NCBI RefSeq assembly: GCF_006345805.1
Contig: NC_043000.1
Coordinates: 107,384,001 to 107,448,000, forward strand
Origin: Octopus sinensis
Taxonomy: Eukaryota
DNA length: 64,000 bases
Direction: 5' to 3'
In this document: positions 1 to 13,766 of the stretch, piece after piece
Position numbering within the stretch: the stretch's first letter is position 1
Layout: every line of letters starts with the position of its first letter
Position numbers and translations under genes: made by a program
The notes under the pieces: model-generated
Database searches by the model: none
Seen by the model: only the letters and a program-made list of their open reading frames with translations
Told to the model about the DNA's origin: nothing

Positions 1-600
1 ACACATAATAATGAAAGGAATTGCAGTCTGGGGAGTTAGGTGGCCAGATGATAAGGGGTGATGTAGTCACAGAAGTCTGACAGCCATGACTGTGTTCTCC
101 TGCGTGTGTGGTATGGTGTAGAGTCCTGTTGCCAGACAGAGGGTCTTCTAGCAGCCACCCTCTTGACTCAGGGCAGCACTACGTCCTCCAGGCACTTGAT
201 ATAGCCCTCCGTGTTCAGTCTGAGGCCGTGTGGGAAGATGAATGGAGGCATAACGTCGCCATCATGTGTGATCACTCCAAACATCATGATGTTGACTGGA
301 TGTTTGATTTTTTATCATACTCGGTACATGTCCTCAAATTGCACTGTCCTCAGATTTACAACCAAACACTCTGAAATGTCTGTATTGGAGCTTCGGGCGC
401 GAATGCCAAGCCATACAGCATGTCGTTTTCAAATTTCTGGCAGGATGAATTGCACCATGGTATTGTTTTTCGCACAGACGGTGCCCAACTGACCCTACCA
501 TATTGTGTAGTCGACAAAATCAAAAACAAACAATGCGCATTCGAGAAATAAAAAGTATAAAATGGTGACAACTCAACAATTCCTCCATTGCCCACTTTAC
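1..600 (-). mobile_element. Degenerate Tc1/mariner-superfamily DNA transposon (maT/DD37D-like), transposase fragment plus terminal region
   Basis: The minus strand reads KHPVNIMMFGVITHDGDVMPPFIFPHGLRLNTEGYIKCLEDVVLP*VKRVAARRPSVWQQDSTPYH, then after a frameshift IWPPNSPDCNS. WQQD and SPDCNP-type motifs are typical of maT transposases. It has an in-frame stop and a frameshift. Confidence 0.85.
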
Positions 601-1125
601 AAACACACACACACACACACACACACATGCATTTTAATTGTATTGTTTTTACGTCCTGTTTTTGTCACATTTTTTTCCTTGTTTTTACCCCTCTGCAAAG
701 GAATTTTATTTAATTCTTTCGCAGGAAAGACTAGTTCGACGAGACGTGTTCTGTCCTCACCTTCGAAACACGCTGGAGTTGAACTAGGGACAGCTGATGA
801 AGGGGATTTTTCCTTGTGTAGTTGTCTTGTACTCTGTTTTTTCGTTGTTAAAAAAATGGTCCGTTCCATGCTGTTTTTACTTTTTCGTTTCTCGTTGAGT
901 TCTATGTCTATTTGTGGTGTCCTGTACACACGTATATATATATTTATATATGCATGTATATATACATGTAGATGTAGGTACGTACATATATGTTTGTATG
1001 TATGCATATATTTTATTTATTACACTATTGTATGACTGAGCGCCCTCGCGTAGATTCGATTCGATTCATTTCGTTTCGTTTCGTTTCTTCTTCTCTAAGC
1101 TGTTTATATAGATAATATATAATAT

Positions 1126-1175
<50 letters not shown>

Positions 1176-1380
1176 TATATATATATATATATATATATTA
1201 TATATGTATACATGTATATAGATATACATATATGTATATATATACATGTATGTATATATATATATACATATACAAATATGTTATGTATATCTGTATATAA
1301 TATATATTATATATATATTATGTATGTATATATATACATACATACATGCATATATATAATATATTATATATATATATATA

Positions 1381-2620
1381 TTAATTAAGGGTAGAAATTG
1401 ATATTTTATCAATTAAGACCGGTGGTCTAGCATGTATGATATATTTGTATGCATAATATATATGTAAGTATGCATAATGTATATATATATATATATACTA
1501 TTAAATTAAATTAGAGATAAAAACACTATTAGGCAAATCCAAACAATGGAAAACATAAAAACCAAACATAAAACTAAAAATAATGAATTGAATTTAAATT
1601 ATTGTATTCGAATTAGGTTATGGCCATGAAACGTACGTAGTCGTTTTACTTATCTTATAATAAACTTTTTATACTTTTTTCATAGTTATATATAAATTTA
1701 AAAAAAATTATAGTATAAATATAATATAAATATAAATAATTACCCATGTACTAATTAGTTTCGACTGTTATTTTCCGCAAGGAAAACTGCAGCCATCATC
1801 AGCATGGTCCGTTATAAATGCAATTTGCTGGACTAGATGCAAACACGATACCGAAATATCGCGTGCATGGAGTCCAGCAAATTGCATTTATAACGGACCA
1901 TGCTGATGATGGCTGCAGTTTTTCCTGCGGAAAATAACAGTCGAAACTAATTAGTACATGGGTAATTATTTTTTCGTATATTTTTCACTTGTTTATTGCT
2001 ATGGTTTTGTGCTGAGTTTGATCTGAGAACATAATCTTTTGTGGTGAATGGCGATTTGGACGTCTATATCTAGCATGTTGACTGTCCACTTTTCGTGTTC
2101 AGTCCTTAATTGGTATATATAAATTTTTAATCTTCGGATTCTTTTTAATATGCTAGACCACTGGTCTTAATTGATAAATATCAATTTCTACCCTTAATTA
2201 ATTTTATATAAATAAATATGTTCTCTAACCGATAAATTGACTGCTGCTATTATTAGCTGCAGGCTAGTTTTCTCGGGCCTCAACGCGCCAAGTAAAGGCA
2301 TTTGAAAGATATTTCAAATGTAATAGGCTGAACTCCATGCACGCGATATTCGGTATCGTGTTGCATCTATTCCAGCAAATTGCATTTATAACGGACCATG
2401 CTGATGATGGCTGCAGTTTTCCTTCCTTGGAAAATAACAGTCGAAACTAATTAGTACATGGGTATATTTTTATTTCGTATATTTTTCACTTGTTATTGCT
2501 ATGGTTTTGTGCTGAGTTTGATCTGAGAACATAATCTTTTGTGGTGAATGGCGATTTGACGTCTATATCTAGCATGTTACTGTCCACTTTTCGTGTTCAG
2601 TCCTTATTGGTATATATATA
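1381..2620. repeat. Complex inverted plus direct duplication (foldback-like)
   Basis: 1741-1830 is inverted at 1874-1964. 1741-1873 is inverted at 2331-2464. 1874-2115 is repeated directly at about 2372-2615. 1381-1432 is inverted at about 2149-2202. Copies differ mostly by 1-nt indels. Confidence 0.85.
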
Positions 2621-3089
2621 TATATATAGTATATTATATATATATATTATATATATATATATATAAAAGCTGTCTAATTACTAAAGCTTACAGATATATT
2701 CTGCAGTAGAGAATAGAAGAGAAATAAAAAATACTTTTTCACGCACCAGTAATACGCTAATCGAAGTGGATGTTAATGGAACTACCTACATTATATATGC
2801 GCATCGGTTCATCAGATTGATTTAAGCCTTTAGCTATTGTGGATTTTTAAAATTGTGTCTCCGTGGGAAGGTAAAACATGTATTATGTCGCTGATGGTAT
2901 CTTTTTACTGTATTGGAACTAATTTGTCTGTCGCCGGTTTTGTGAACAGGCAAAGACAAAAACAAAAAAAAACCCCAAAACCAACAAAAAACAACCCCCT
3001 CCCCACCAAAAACAAAAGACATATTGGTACGAAAATATATTCGTTGAACGACTAATTGAACGAACACTTTTTAGTCGCGATATCTTGTA

Positions 3090-3243
3090 CATATTTCAGT
3101 CTGCGGCTATGCTGGGGCATCAGCATGATGCGTTCAGTCAAAGGAATCGTCCCCAGTACTTCCAGCAAATACCTTTTGCCGAACCGCTAAGTTACAGAGA
3201 CGCAAGCAAACCGACGCCATGAACTTATCTAACACTCGTAGGA

Positions 3244-3298
<55 letters not shown>

Positions 3299-3530
3299 CT
3301 CTCTCTCTCTCTCTTTCATATAATACATCCACACACACTAAAACACACATACATTCACACACAAGCACGTACAAGCACAGACACGCACACACACACACAT
3401 ACATGCCACGGGCTCCTTTCCGTTTCCGTCTTCCAGATTCACTCAGAAGGCTTTAGTCTATCCGGAGCTATAGAAGACATTTGTCAAGCCAAGACCACAT
3501 GGTTGTGAAGCACCTCTCTCAACCACACAG
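3090..3530 (-). mobile_element. Fragments of tRNA-derived SINE family B, degenerate
   Basis: Match the reverse complement of the family B consensus (ctgcggctatgctggggca, gccgaaccgctaagttac, cgtttccgtcttccagattcactc). Confidence 0.7.
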
Positions 3531-3673
3531 TGAAGCCTCTCCCTCTCTCTCTCCCCTCTCTCTCTTTATATGTATATATATACATAGGATCTGAAAATGA
3601 TGTACTAAGATGGTTATAAATAAACTGTTTTTATCATTGTCCACGTTTGTTAACCAATTTTATGGAATTATGG

Positions 3674-3850
3674 AGGTGGTAAGCTGGCAGAATAGATAAC
3701 ACCTCGGGCAAAATGCTTAGTAGTATTTCTTCCCACTCTTTGTGTTTTGAGCTCAAATTCTGCCTACGTTAACTTCGGTTTTAATCCCTTCGAGGTCGAT
3801 AAAATATAGCACCGTTCAAAAACTAGGATCAATGTAATCGATTTCCCCCA
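3674..3850 (+). mobile_element. SINE family A, degenerate
   Basis: Diverged match to the head ggcgagctggcagaa...gttcaaattc and the body cctttcgaggtcgataaa. Confidence 0.7.
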
Positions 3851-4692
3851 CACACCAAAATAATTTGCTGCCCTTGTGTGAAAAGTACACAAAAATAATT
3901 ATGGAATTATGGATGTTCGTGACATCGAATTTTTTATACACTGAAAGCTAGAAACACAAGTTTAAAGAAATTTTATTGCAGCAAAATACCCAAATTAGAT
4001 TAATAAAACTTAGAAACATAACGTCTGACGTAAGATGAAAGATACGACACTAAAAGTAAACGTTATGACCATCTTGGATCTCTGATCCGAAGTATCATTC
4101 TAATGACGAAAGAAGAAAAGAATCACGAAAATGCCAAAGCAGAATCATAAGCTGCTATTTTTGATATCTTTTCGAGGATGTTAGATCCACATTAAGAATT
4201 ATATGATCCAAACATTCTACTGGTTAATCACCATCACATATCGCCCGATATGTTAGGCATTATTGTAATAATACATATTATGTATGAATCCTTCCAAAAA
4301 AATCTTAACCTTAGTTCTATAAACTCACAATAACCCTGAAGACGTTCAGCCTCATATATTTAAAAATGATACCATTCTTAGCACATAACCAAATACTTAG
4401 AGTTGCATATCAACTAGGGGTTAGAACTGAAACGTATATGTAAGTTTTTTGCACATCTCCCATTTTCTTTTTGAGCTTTACTGCTTATAATTCATATGTA
4501 TTGCTATTTTTAATTTTTCTCTTAATTTTCATCATCTTTATATCATACAAATAAATTATTCATACATCCATCTTTCTCCATTTTGATTCTTTCAATACTC
4601 ACACACACACGCACATGTATGTATGTATGATATATGTGTATGCATATATATATTATGTATGCATAATGTATATATATATATATATATATATA

Positions 4693-5075
4693 TAAATTAA
4701 ATTAGAGATAAAACCACTATTAGGCAAATCAAACAATGGAAAACATAAACCAAAACATAAAACTAAAAATAATTAATTGAATTTAAATTATTGTAATTCG
4801 AATTAGGTTATGGCCATGAAACGTACGTAGTCGTTTTACTTATCTTATAATAAACTTTTTAATACTTTTTCATAGTTATATATAATTAAAAAAAAATTAT
4901 AAGTATAAATATAAATATAAATATAAATTAATAATTTTAAATTTAAATAATTTAAATTGTAAGTTTTATATTTTATATATTTTGTAAATTATATTAATTA
5001 TTTTTATTTTTATGTTTTGGTTTGTGTTTTTCACTGTTTGATTGCCTAATAGTGGTTCTATCCTAATTTAATTTA
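4693..5075. mobile_element. AT-rich MITE-like element with terminal inverted repeats; partial second copy at about 1497-1740
   Basis: taaattaaattagagataaaaccactattaggcaaatc at 4693 is matched by the approximate reverse complement gattgcctaatagtggttctatcctaatttaattta at about 5040-5075. The left ~240 bp recurs at 1497-1740. Confidence 0.6.
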
Positions 5076-5145
5076 TATTTATACTGTAAATTAGATTTAA
5101 TCCTAAATCTAATTTTTCCCCGTAAATTTGGATTTACTCCCTAAT

Positions 5146-5218
<73 letters not shown>

Positions 5219-5232
5219 ATATATATGCAATG

Positions 5233-5278
<46 letters not shown>

Positions 5279-5470
5279 GTAGCAAACTTTAGTTTGTTAA
5301 AATATGTCAATATGGCAACAAGTTGTAAAACACGATATCTGTCCAGAGTTGTCACGTATCGGATTCCCTGAAATCGATTTTTCTAGCTTTTTAGCCGTTA
5401 TCATTGGGAAATGCCTAAGAGAGGCAAATCTCGACAGACCTCATCAAAGCTATGGCTTTGACTATAATAC

Positions 5471-5700
5471 AAGGCGGCGAGCTGGCAGAACCGTTAGCAC
5501 GCCGGGCGAAATGCGTAGCCGTATTTCGTCTGTCGTTACGTTTCGAGTTCAAATTCCGCCGAGGTCGACTTTGCCTTTCATCCTTTCGGGGCCGATAAAT
5601 TAAGTACCTGTTACGTACTGGGGTCGATGTAATCGACTTAATTCGTTTGTCTGTCCTTGTTTGTCTCCTCTGTGTTTAGCCCCTTGTGAGTAGTAAAGAA
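5471..5700 (+). mobile_element. SINE family A (tRNA-derived head, Meta-domain-like body), full copy
   Basis: aaggcggcgagctggcagaa...gagttcaaattccgccgaggtcgactttgcctttcatcctttcggggccgataaattaagtacc...gtaaagaa, with pol III A/B-box-like head. More than 15 copies occur in the window. Confidence 0.9.
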
Positions 5701-7323
5701 TATATAATACAATGTTGTTGATTAATTTGCGCCATATATATAAATTAGAAAAAACCCCACCTGTTATCAATTCAACAATGAAAAAATTAAATTATACTAT
5801 TTAGAAAAAATTACATCTTATAGAAAAATTAAATATAAGATAAAAACATATACTAATGATTAAGTAATGTGCAAAATAATAAATAAAACGTATATATTTG
5901 GTAGAATAACAAAATATCAAGATAGTAATGTTGTTATCAGTCCGTATATACTTGAGGGCCATTCGAAACGGTGAACAAGCTACTCACTGCGTTTTGTCAC
6001 GAAAAATACATCCAATATTTTGACAAATGGTGTGTATACACCTCTATCATCTCGCAGCTCCACTTATCCAGACCGTGAGATGCAAGCATTTCGCAGTAGT
6101 TATCTCCTCTTCGGCCACGCGTACCAGGCAAGACAGGAACAAGCAGCGCTACGAGCTGACTGAAGATACTAATTCTCTTTCAGATATCTGTATATTTATA
6201 CCTTTATTCATCGTCTGAAAGTCTCCACTTTTTGCCTTCTCTCGTTTTGTATGTATATATATATATATACATATTTTGTATTTCATACCCAAACTGTTAT
6301 ATTTAATATATCTAATTTGTTTATCCGTATAATTGTCCAATTTCTCTTCTCTCTCTTTCTCCCTCTCTCTCTCTCTCTCTATAATGCACAATATATGGAT
6401 TTATATAATCCAGTGGTAATCACAAACAAGCTCCTTCAGTGGAGCAGGCTACAAATCACTTAGCAAACCAATAAATAGGGGTGTAATGTATAGTACTATC
6501 CAGTTGAAATTCAGTAAATCCAATCAGTGAAAATTATTTAATGAGGATTATACAGAATATAAAGAAATTCAGGACGTATAAGATGAATATATTTATTTCA
6601 CCAATTGATATCCATAAGGTGACAGCTGTTTCACAGCCAACATCATGCAAAAATAATTTACTTTAAGTGTATAATAAATTATTTTACATGTCTGCATTAG
6701 TGTGTTTACTGAAGTTGAAAAAATTGATATAACCATGATATCCTGTTGATCTGATGAGCTAGCCTTATATATCCTCATTCGTTTGTACAATTTACTATAG
6801 TACTATGCAATTTATAGCTTACACACTAGTGTAAGCAGGTAAAATGATCCAATGGCTGAAACAAGTAATAGCATAAAAGAATTGTGAACATGTGAATCCA
6901 TACAGTAGTAGTAATAATCCTGTTTTCCTCCCATCAGATCATATCCCGTTTTTTTTTAAAAACCAGATGAAGGAAAATTTGTCAAATAAGATGTAACCAT
7001 CTCATTTCTATAATACTTTTAGGATGATTATATCTTTGGAAAAAGGCATAAGGAACAACATAGCGGATGGCTATTCACTTCATTTGTATGAAATTTGTGT
7101 AATATAAACGACCAAGAAGTTCATACAAATAATTATACTGAATTCTTGGATAGCCATTTTGGTTCCATCGATTACATTCAAATGTTTATTGTGTTGGATT
7201 CTCTACGTAAAAGTCAGTTCTTTACGCTCAGATATCTATCTCAGTAGGTAGGGCCTCCGTTGTATTAAAAAGCTTTAAAAGCATTATTTCCTCAAAAAGA
7301 AATCGAAATATTGCGTTGGACTT

Positions 7324-7516
7324 AAGGCATCGAGCTGACAGAATCGTTAGCACATCGGGCAAAATGCTTAGCGGTATTTCGTCCGTGTTTCCGTTGAATT
7401 CAAATTCCGTCGAGGTCGACTTTACCTTTCATCCTTTCCGTGTCGACAAAATTGAGCACTGGGATCGATTTGATCGACTTATCCTCTCCTAAAATTCCTG
7501 GCCTTGTACCAAAATA
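7324..7516 (+). mobile_element. SINE family A, degenerate
   Basis: Same head and body motifs as 5471-5700. Confidence 0.8.
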
Positions 7517-8047
7517 GAGGTCCAGAGTGGAGTGTTACTTTCACATTTGGGGTACGATACTACTTGCATACTCATGCAGCCTTTCCACTGATTGGCACAA
7601 AGTCGCTCACATACACGCACCAGTCTCTGGTGTACAGGCGTGCCGTCTCCTTTCTCCTGCTTTCTACCTCAAATATAAGGGCCTCTGATTCTCGGAGCTG
7701 GCTTGGCTCATGCCTACTCCATTCAGGCACTCCCATTCCCCTCGTCGCTCCTCCTCTCTTCATCCTTGCTGTGTCTAATCTCCAATGTCCTGCTCTAATA
7801 ACTAAACTTAGACCACTTATAGACCTTCCTTCCCAGAATATCGAGTCTCGTGAGTTCTCTCTTGGCTCATGTTTCTACTGCAAGTGTTTACTTTCAAAAA
7901 TTCAAGAGCAACGTTAATGGCATCAATCTTATCGATCTAACAAGGCTTTCAAACGCCATGGAACTTCTTCCCCATAGCTTAGCAAGTAAAAAGAAACGAC
8001 GGGCTGTGTGTTGGTGTAGCAACATGTTTCTGCACAGGTGCCATATT

Positions 8048-8446
8048 TATTTCTTTATTGTCCACAGGGGCCTAAACATAAAAGGGACAAACAAAGTGAT
8101 TAAGTCGATTACATCGACCCCAGTACGTAACTGGTACTTATTTCATCGACCCCGAAAGGATGAAAGGCTAAGTCGACCTCGGCGGAATTTGGACTCAGAA
8201 CGTAGTGACAGACGAAATACCTATTTCTTTACTACCCACAAGGGGCTAAACACAGAGAGGACAAACAAGGACAGACAAACGGCTTAAGTCGATTGTATCG
8301 ACCCCAGTGCGTAACTGGTACTCATTTAATCGACTCCGAAAGGATGAAAGGCAAAGTCGACCTCTGAACTCAGAACGTAGCGGCAGACGAAATATCGCTA
8401 AGCATTTTGTCCGGCGTGATAACGATTCTGCCAGCTCACCGCCCTT
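8048..8446 (-). mobile_element. SINE family A, tandem dimer
   Basis: The 3' ~175-bp unit is present twice, joined at cagacgaaatacctatttcttt. Confidence 0.9.
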
Positions 8447-8638
8447 ATGCACAGGTGCCATATACCCAATTGCATCCATGTGGATAGGACTGATCCAAGA
8501 AATCAGGCATTGGAATCTTATCAAGTTTCATGCGAATGCTATCAGGACCTCTTAAACCGTATTGTGTAGTCATTACCGAAGATTCACATTACCGCACTAT
8601 CATCATGGTGACCAAGATAAATAAACACGTTTAGAGAG

Positions 8639-8689
<51 letters not shown>

Positions 8690-8975
8690 AAGAGAGAGAG
8701 GGAGGTAAGAAGGAGAAGGAGGAGGAAAACAGAGATATGAACACGTCGAGTAATTGTAGTCGATGGATAGCAGTAAAAATGGTATCTTCTAAAAATTATA
8801 ATTAGATGCTCTCAGAAAATGGTGGATAAAGAAACAAAACATTGTTATGTGAAGCCACATCTGATCATAATATGTACAATCTCAACGAATATTAAGGCTA
8901 GTTTGAGGCTATTTTCTTTCCAAAATCGATACTTTGATCAAAACGTGTTTATGAATAACAAAATTGGTAGGTAAA

Positions 8976-9031
8976 AGAAACCGCAAAGTTCATTCGCAGA
9001 TTCTGATCTGCGAATGAACTTTGCGGTTTCT
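8976..9031. other. Perfect 26-bp inverted repeat with 4-nt loop
   Basis: agaaaccgcaaagttcattcgcagat-tctg-atctgcgaatgaactttgcggtttct. Confidence 0.95.
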
Positions 9032-10084
9032 ACCTCTCTTCCCTCTCCTTTCTGTTTCTCTCTTTCTCTCTCATATACCCTTTCTCTTTCTCTCTCTCTC
9101 TCTCTGTCTCAAATGCACGCCGATCTATTTCTATGTCCCTCTCTCTCTTTATATGGCTTTCTGCTCTTCTCTAATATCTCATTCTCTCTACCTGTATGCT
9201 TCATTGCTCTCTTTTATGTCTTCTCTATATCTTCTCATTTATCTCTCTGTCTCTGTCTCTGTCTCTGTCTCTCTCTCTTTTTCTCTTGTTTACTCTCTGG
9301 GTGGACGTTTTACAATCTCCAGCCGCACGTTTGACTCTCTCTCATAAGCTAATATTTTTGTAAGTCTCAAATGAACCTGGACTGAAGAGACCTATCGTCT
9401 AAGATATTTTCGCCATGACCATCCACCTACTTTTTTCTCATTTGTACTGTAGATAAAGCTACAATTATCATAAACACATATCCCTTTGTTCTGCCATGCA
9501 ACCATTTCAGATTCACTGTCTAAAATTCTGGTGTGTTTCTCACCTTCACGACGACAGAACAGATTCTGCAAATAAACTTTGATTTTACCTCCCCAGTCTC
9601 TCACTCATGTATCTCACTCTATCTCTACTTTAACTTCCCCTCTCCCTTTATCTCCACGTTCACTCCTCCTCTCTCTTTATCTTCACGACTATATATACCT
9701 CCATTTCTCATTTCTGTCTTCTCTATAACTGTATATATTTTTCTCCCTCTCTGACATGCCCTTTATCTCTTTAAGAATGCTTTATATTCTCCAGTGTCGT
9801 TAAACCTGTGATACTTCATCACATGAAACCAATTGATTGAAAATAAAACTTGTTTTATTTTCTATGCGAATAAATAAATACACCCAGGGTCTTTACTGAC
9901 AAATGGCGCCTGTTATAGAAGTAGACTGATTAAGAGACTAAATATAATTATCATTGTAAACATCATTGGACATTTCGTTGTTCAAAGGCACTATAAACCA
10001 ATGCAAGTAAGTAAAATAAACCCAATGAATTCTAGAAGCAAATATAAGAATTTATGTGACAAAATTTTTGTTATATTGTATATC

Positions 10085-10290
10085 TTTTATCTTTTACTTG
10101 TTTCAATCATTGGACTGCAGCCATGCTGAGACACTGCCTTGAATGGTTTTAGTCGATAGTATCGACTCTAGCACTTATGTTTTGAAAGGCTGCTACTTAT
10201 TCTATCCGTCTCTTATACCGAACTGATAAGATACGGAAGCGTAAACAAACCAACACCGGCTGACAAGTGGTGGTGGGGTACAAACACAAA
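10085..10290 (-). mobile_element. SINE family B, 3' part
   Basis: ttttacttgtttcaatcattggactgcagccatgctg...ccaacaccggctgacaag matches the family B tail. Confidence 0.75.
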
Positions 10291-10749
10291 CACAAAGACA
10301 TACATATGTGCGTACGTACGTACATACACACATACATACATCCATACATGCACACATACATATCTATATATATATATATATACATACATACACACATAAT
10401 ACATACATACATATATGTACATACCTACATATATATGTATATATACATGCATATATTGGTACAGGATATCAAAAGAAAGTTGAACACAATGAGAAACGAA
10501 AGCATAAAAACAAAAACAGAAACGAACGAAGCAAATTAAATAAAATTTGGGATTTTTTGCGGAAGGTGTAAGTGGTAACAAGAACAGGACAGTGAGAACA
10601 AAACAGTAAATATACATGCATGCATTCATTCATTATGGTAACCCACTAGTGACCGAGGAAGATCAGTGATCATTGTCCATGCAAAATTTCAGCAATGCCC
10701 GTGCATGAGGTTATTGCAACTGTGGTTGACTTCACCTGAGTTCACGCCC

Positions 10750-11196
10750 GCGGCGGAATTTGAACTCAGAACGTATCGGCAGACGAAATACCTATTTCTT
10801 CATTACCCACAAGGGGCTAAACACAGAGGGAACAAACAAGGACAGACATAGGTATTAAGTCGATTACATCGACCTCAGTGCGTAACTGGTACTTAATTTA
10901 TCGATCCCGAAAGGATGAAAGGCAAAGTCGACCTCGGCGGAATTTGAACTCAGAACGTAACGCAGACGAAATACCTATTTCTTTATTACCCACAAGGGGC
11001 TAAACACAGAGGGGACAAACAAGGACAGACATAGGCATTAAGTCGATTACATCGACCTCAGTGCGTAACTGGTACTTAATTTATCGACCCCGAAAGGATG
11101 AAAGGCAAAGTCGACCTCGGCGGAATTTGAACTCACAACGTAACGCAGACGAAATATCGGTAAGCATTTCACCCGGTGTGCTAACGATTCTGCCAA
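10750..11196 (-). mobile_element. SINE family A, tandem multimer (two full 3' units plus a partial third)
   Basis: The unit recurs at about 10789, 10971 and 11150 with the junction cagacgaaatacctatttct. Confidence 0.9.
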
Positions 11197-11816
11197 ATAT
11201 TACACCAAGACTTAATTTGTTATGCAGCAAAAAAAAAAAAAAAAGAAAGAAAAAAGACAAGCACATCCGTCACATTGATTTTCACTCTGGTTTATTATTT
11301 TTTTTTACTTTGGTTTATTTTTGTACTTGAAACAAACCCTAAAACTACTTTTGTTTTGACAAATAATTTAAGTACTTTTTATAAGTATATTGTTCAGCAA
11401 AACAATGAATGATTTATGTATTTATTTGTATGTTTTATTTCATATATAATACCTGGCGTTGCGAAATATCTCGTAATGAAAAATGGGGTCATGAATGAAG
11501 CGCTGCGGTAGACTGCGCACTAAAGTAGCACCTTATAATGTATCACCAAAGGTGGAACGGCGCTAGTCGTAATATATTGTCACAGAGAAATCTCCCAAAG
11601 AGACTTATGTGTTAAAAGTACAGAGCTTCGCCTGTCTTTAGTTAGTTTGTAAATTAGCGGTTCGGCGAAAGAGGCCGATAAACTATGAATCAAATTTATT
11701 GGGGAAAAATTAGCAAACTCTGATTTATTCGATTGAACCCTGCTTTGCCCCAACATGGCTCAAGCCTAACAACTAACACAGTTAAAAAATAAAAGATAAA
11801 TTATCATTATTACATA

Positions 11817-12255
11817 AAAGGCGGCGAACTGGTAGAATCAATAGCACGCCGGGCAAAATGCTTCATTGCATATCGTCCGTCTTTACATTCTGAGTTCAAA
11901 TTCCGTCGTAGTCGACTTTGCATTTTTTTCTTTTCGAGGTCAATAAAATAAGCACCAATTGAGCACTGGGGGTCGATGTAATTGCCTTACCCCTCTTCTT
12001 GAATGGCTGGTCTGGGGCCAAAATTTGAAGTCAATTTTATTGTTAAGGTGGGGAGCGAGTAGATTCGTTAGCACTCTAGGTAAAATGCTTAGCGGCATTC
12101 CGCCCTTCTTTACGTTCTGAGTCCAAATTCTGTCGAGTTCGACTTTGTCTTTCATCCTTTCGGAGTCGATAAAATAAGTACCAGTTGAATACTGGTCGAT
12201 GGAATCGATTTTACACCTCCCTTTGAGTTGCTGGCCTTGTGCCAAAATTTGAAAC
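11817..12255 (+). mobile_element. Two adjacent degenerate SINE family A copies
   Basis: Heads at 11817 (aaggcggcgaactggtagaa) and about 12049 (aaggtggggagcgagtaga), each followed by the gtcgactttg...tttc body. Confidence 0.8.
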
Positions 12256-12269
12256 CATTATTATTATCA

Positions 12270-12685
12270 ACACCATCATCACCACCACCACCACCACCAC
12301 CACAACCACCACCACAACCACCACCATCACTACAGCCGCATCATCATCATCTTTGATGAGCAGTTGCAGTTGTTTGAAGTTCGTATTCATTTTCAGTCAA
12401 CGGTAGGTAAAAATTGACGTAATCTTCATTAAAACGAAAAACAAAATAGTACGAAAAATAAATAAAAGAAACGCAGACATAAAAAACAAACAAACAAACA
12501 AACAAACAAACCAAAATCTTGTTCTATTATTTTTGTAAAACAGTCAATGATTGTTACTTTTAGGAGTTATCATCATCATCATCATTATCATCATCATCAT
12601 CATCACAATCATTATACAACAGTCGTCATCATCATCATAGTCGTTGTCGTCGTCTTCATCATCATCATCGTCGTCGTCATCGTCG

Positions 12686-12724
<39 letters not shown>

Positions 12725-13400
12725 CGATACTCTTCGTCATCATTGTTATCAACCTCCATGTCACCATCACCACCACCAACGCCACCACCACTACCACCAC
12801 TACCACTTCCACCAGCACCACCACGACCGCCAGCAGCACCGGCACCAGCACCACCACCACCACCACCACCACAACCAGCACCACCACCAGCACCACCTCC
12901 ACCACCACCACCACCACCACCACCAGCTCCACCACCACCACCACCACCACCACCACCAGCTCCACCAGCACCAGCACCACCAGCACCAGCACCAGCACTA
13001 CCAGCAGCACCACCACCAACATCACAAACATGAACATCACCACCACCACCAGCACAACCATCAGCACAACCACCAGCACCAGCACCAGCATCAGCACCAG
13101 CACCAACTCCACCAAAACCACCATCACCACCACCACCACCACCACCAGCACCACCAGCACCAGCACCAGAACCAGCACCACCACCATCATTATCATAATC
13201 ATCTTTCTCATCATAATCATCGCACCTTCATTGTCATCATCAACATCATCTTAATCGTCATCTTCATAGTCGTCTTCATCATCATCATCGTCGTCATCGT
13301 CATCATCATCATCATCATCATCACGATACTCCTCGTCATCATTGTCATCGATCTCTACACCACCACCACCACCACCAACAACAACAACTACACCACCACC
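12270..13400. repeat. Compound trinucleotide microsatellite (CAT/CAC/CAG/CGT)n
   Basis: Long runs of these triplets. The poly-I/T/P/S/V/D ORFs are translations of the repeat. Confidence 0.95.
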
Positions 13401-13766
13401 ACCACCACCTACACCAATAATAACACCAAGACCAAAAGCCCCTACCAAAAAAAAAAAAGAAAAGAAAATGACCACTGGCACCACCTGTATTATCACAACT
13501 GTCGCCACAAGCACTACCATTAACATGAAACCCGCTGCCATCACCACCAATTACTGGTCATTATTATAAGGAATGCAGACAGTCTGTTTACTGGCATAGC
13601 AATTATAAAACATGTAAAAGAGTAAAAGAATAAAATAAAAGCAAAAAAAACAACAACAACAAAAAAGAAACAAAAACAAAACAAACCAAAATTTTTTTCA
13701 TTTGAAATTTTAGTTTTATCATTTCCTTTTTTTAATTTTTTTTTTAGAAATTCATAATTCTTCGTA

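Noticed and set aside
12544-13569. Mucin-, extensin- or poly-Asp-like ORFs
   Set aside because: They are translations of triplet repeats and are open in several frames on both strands.
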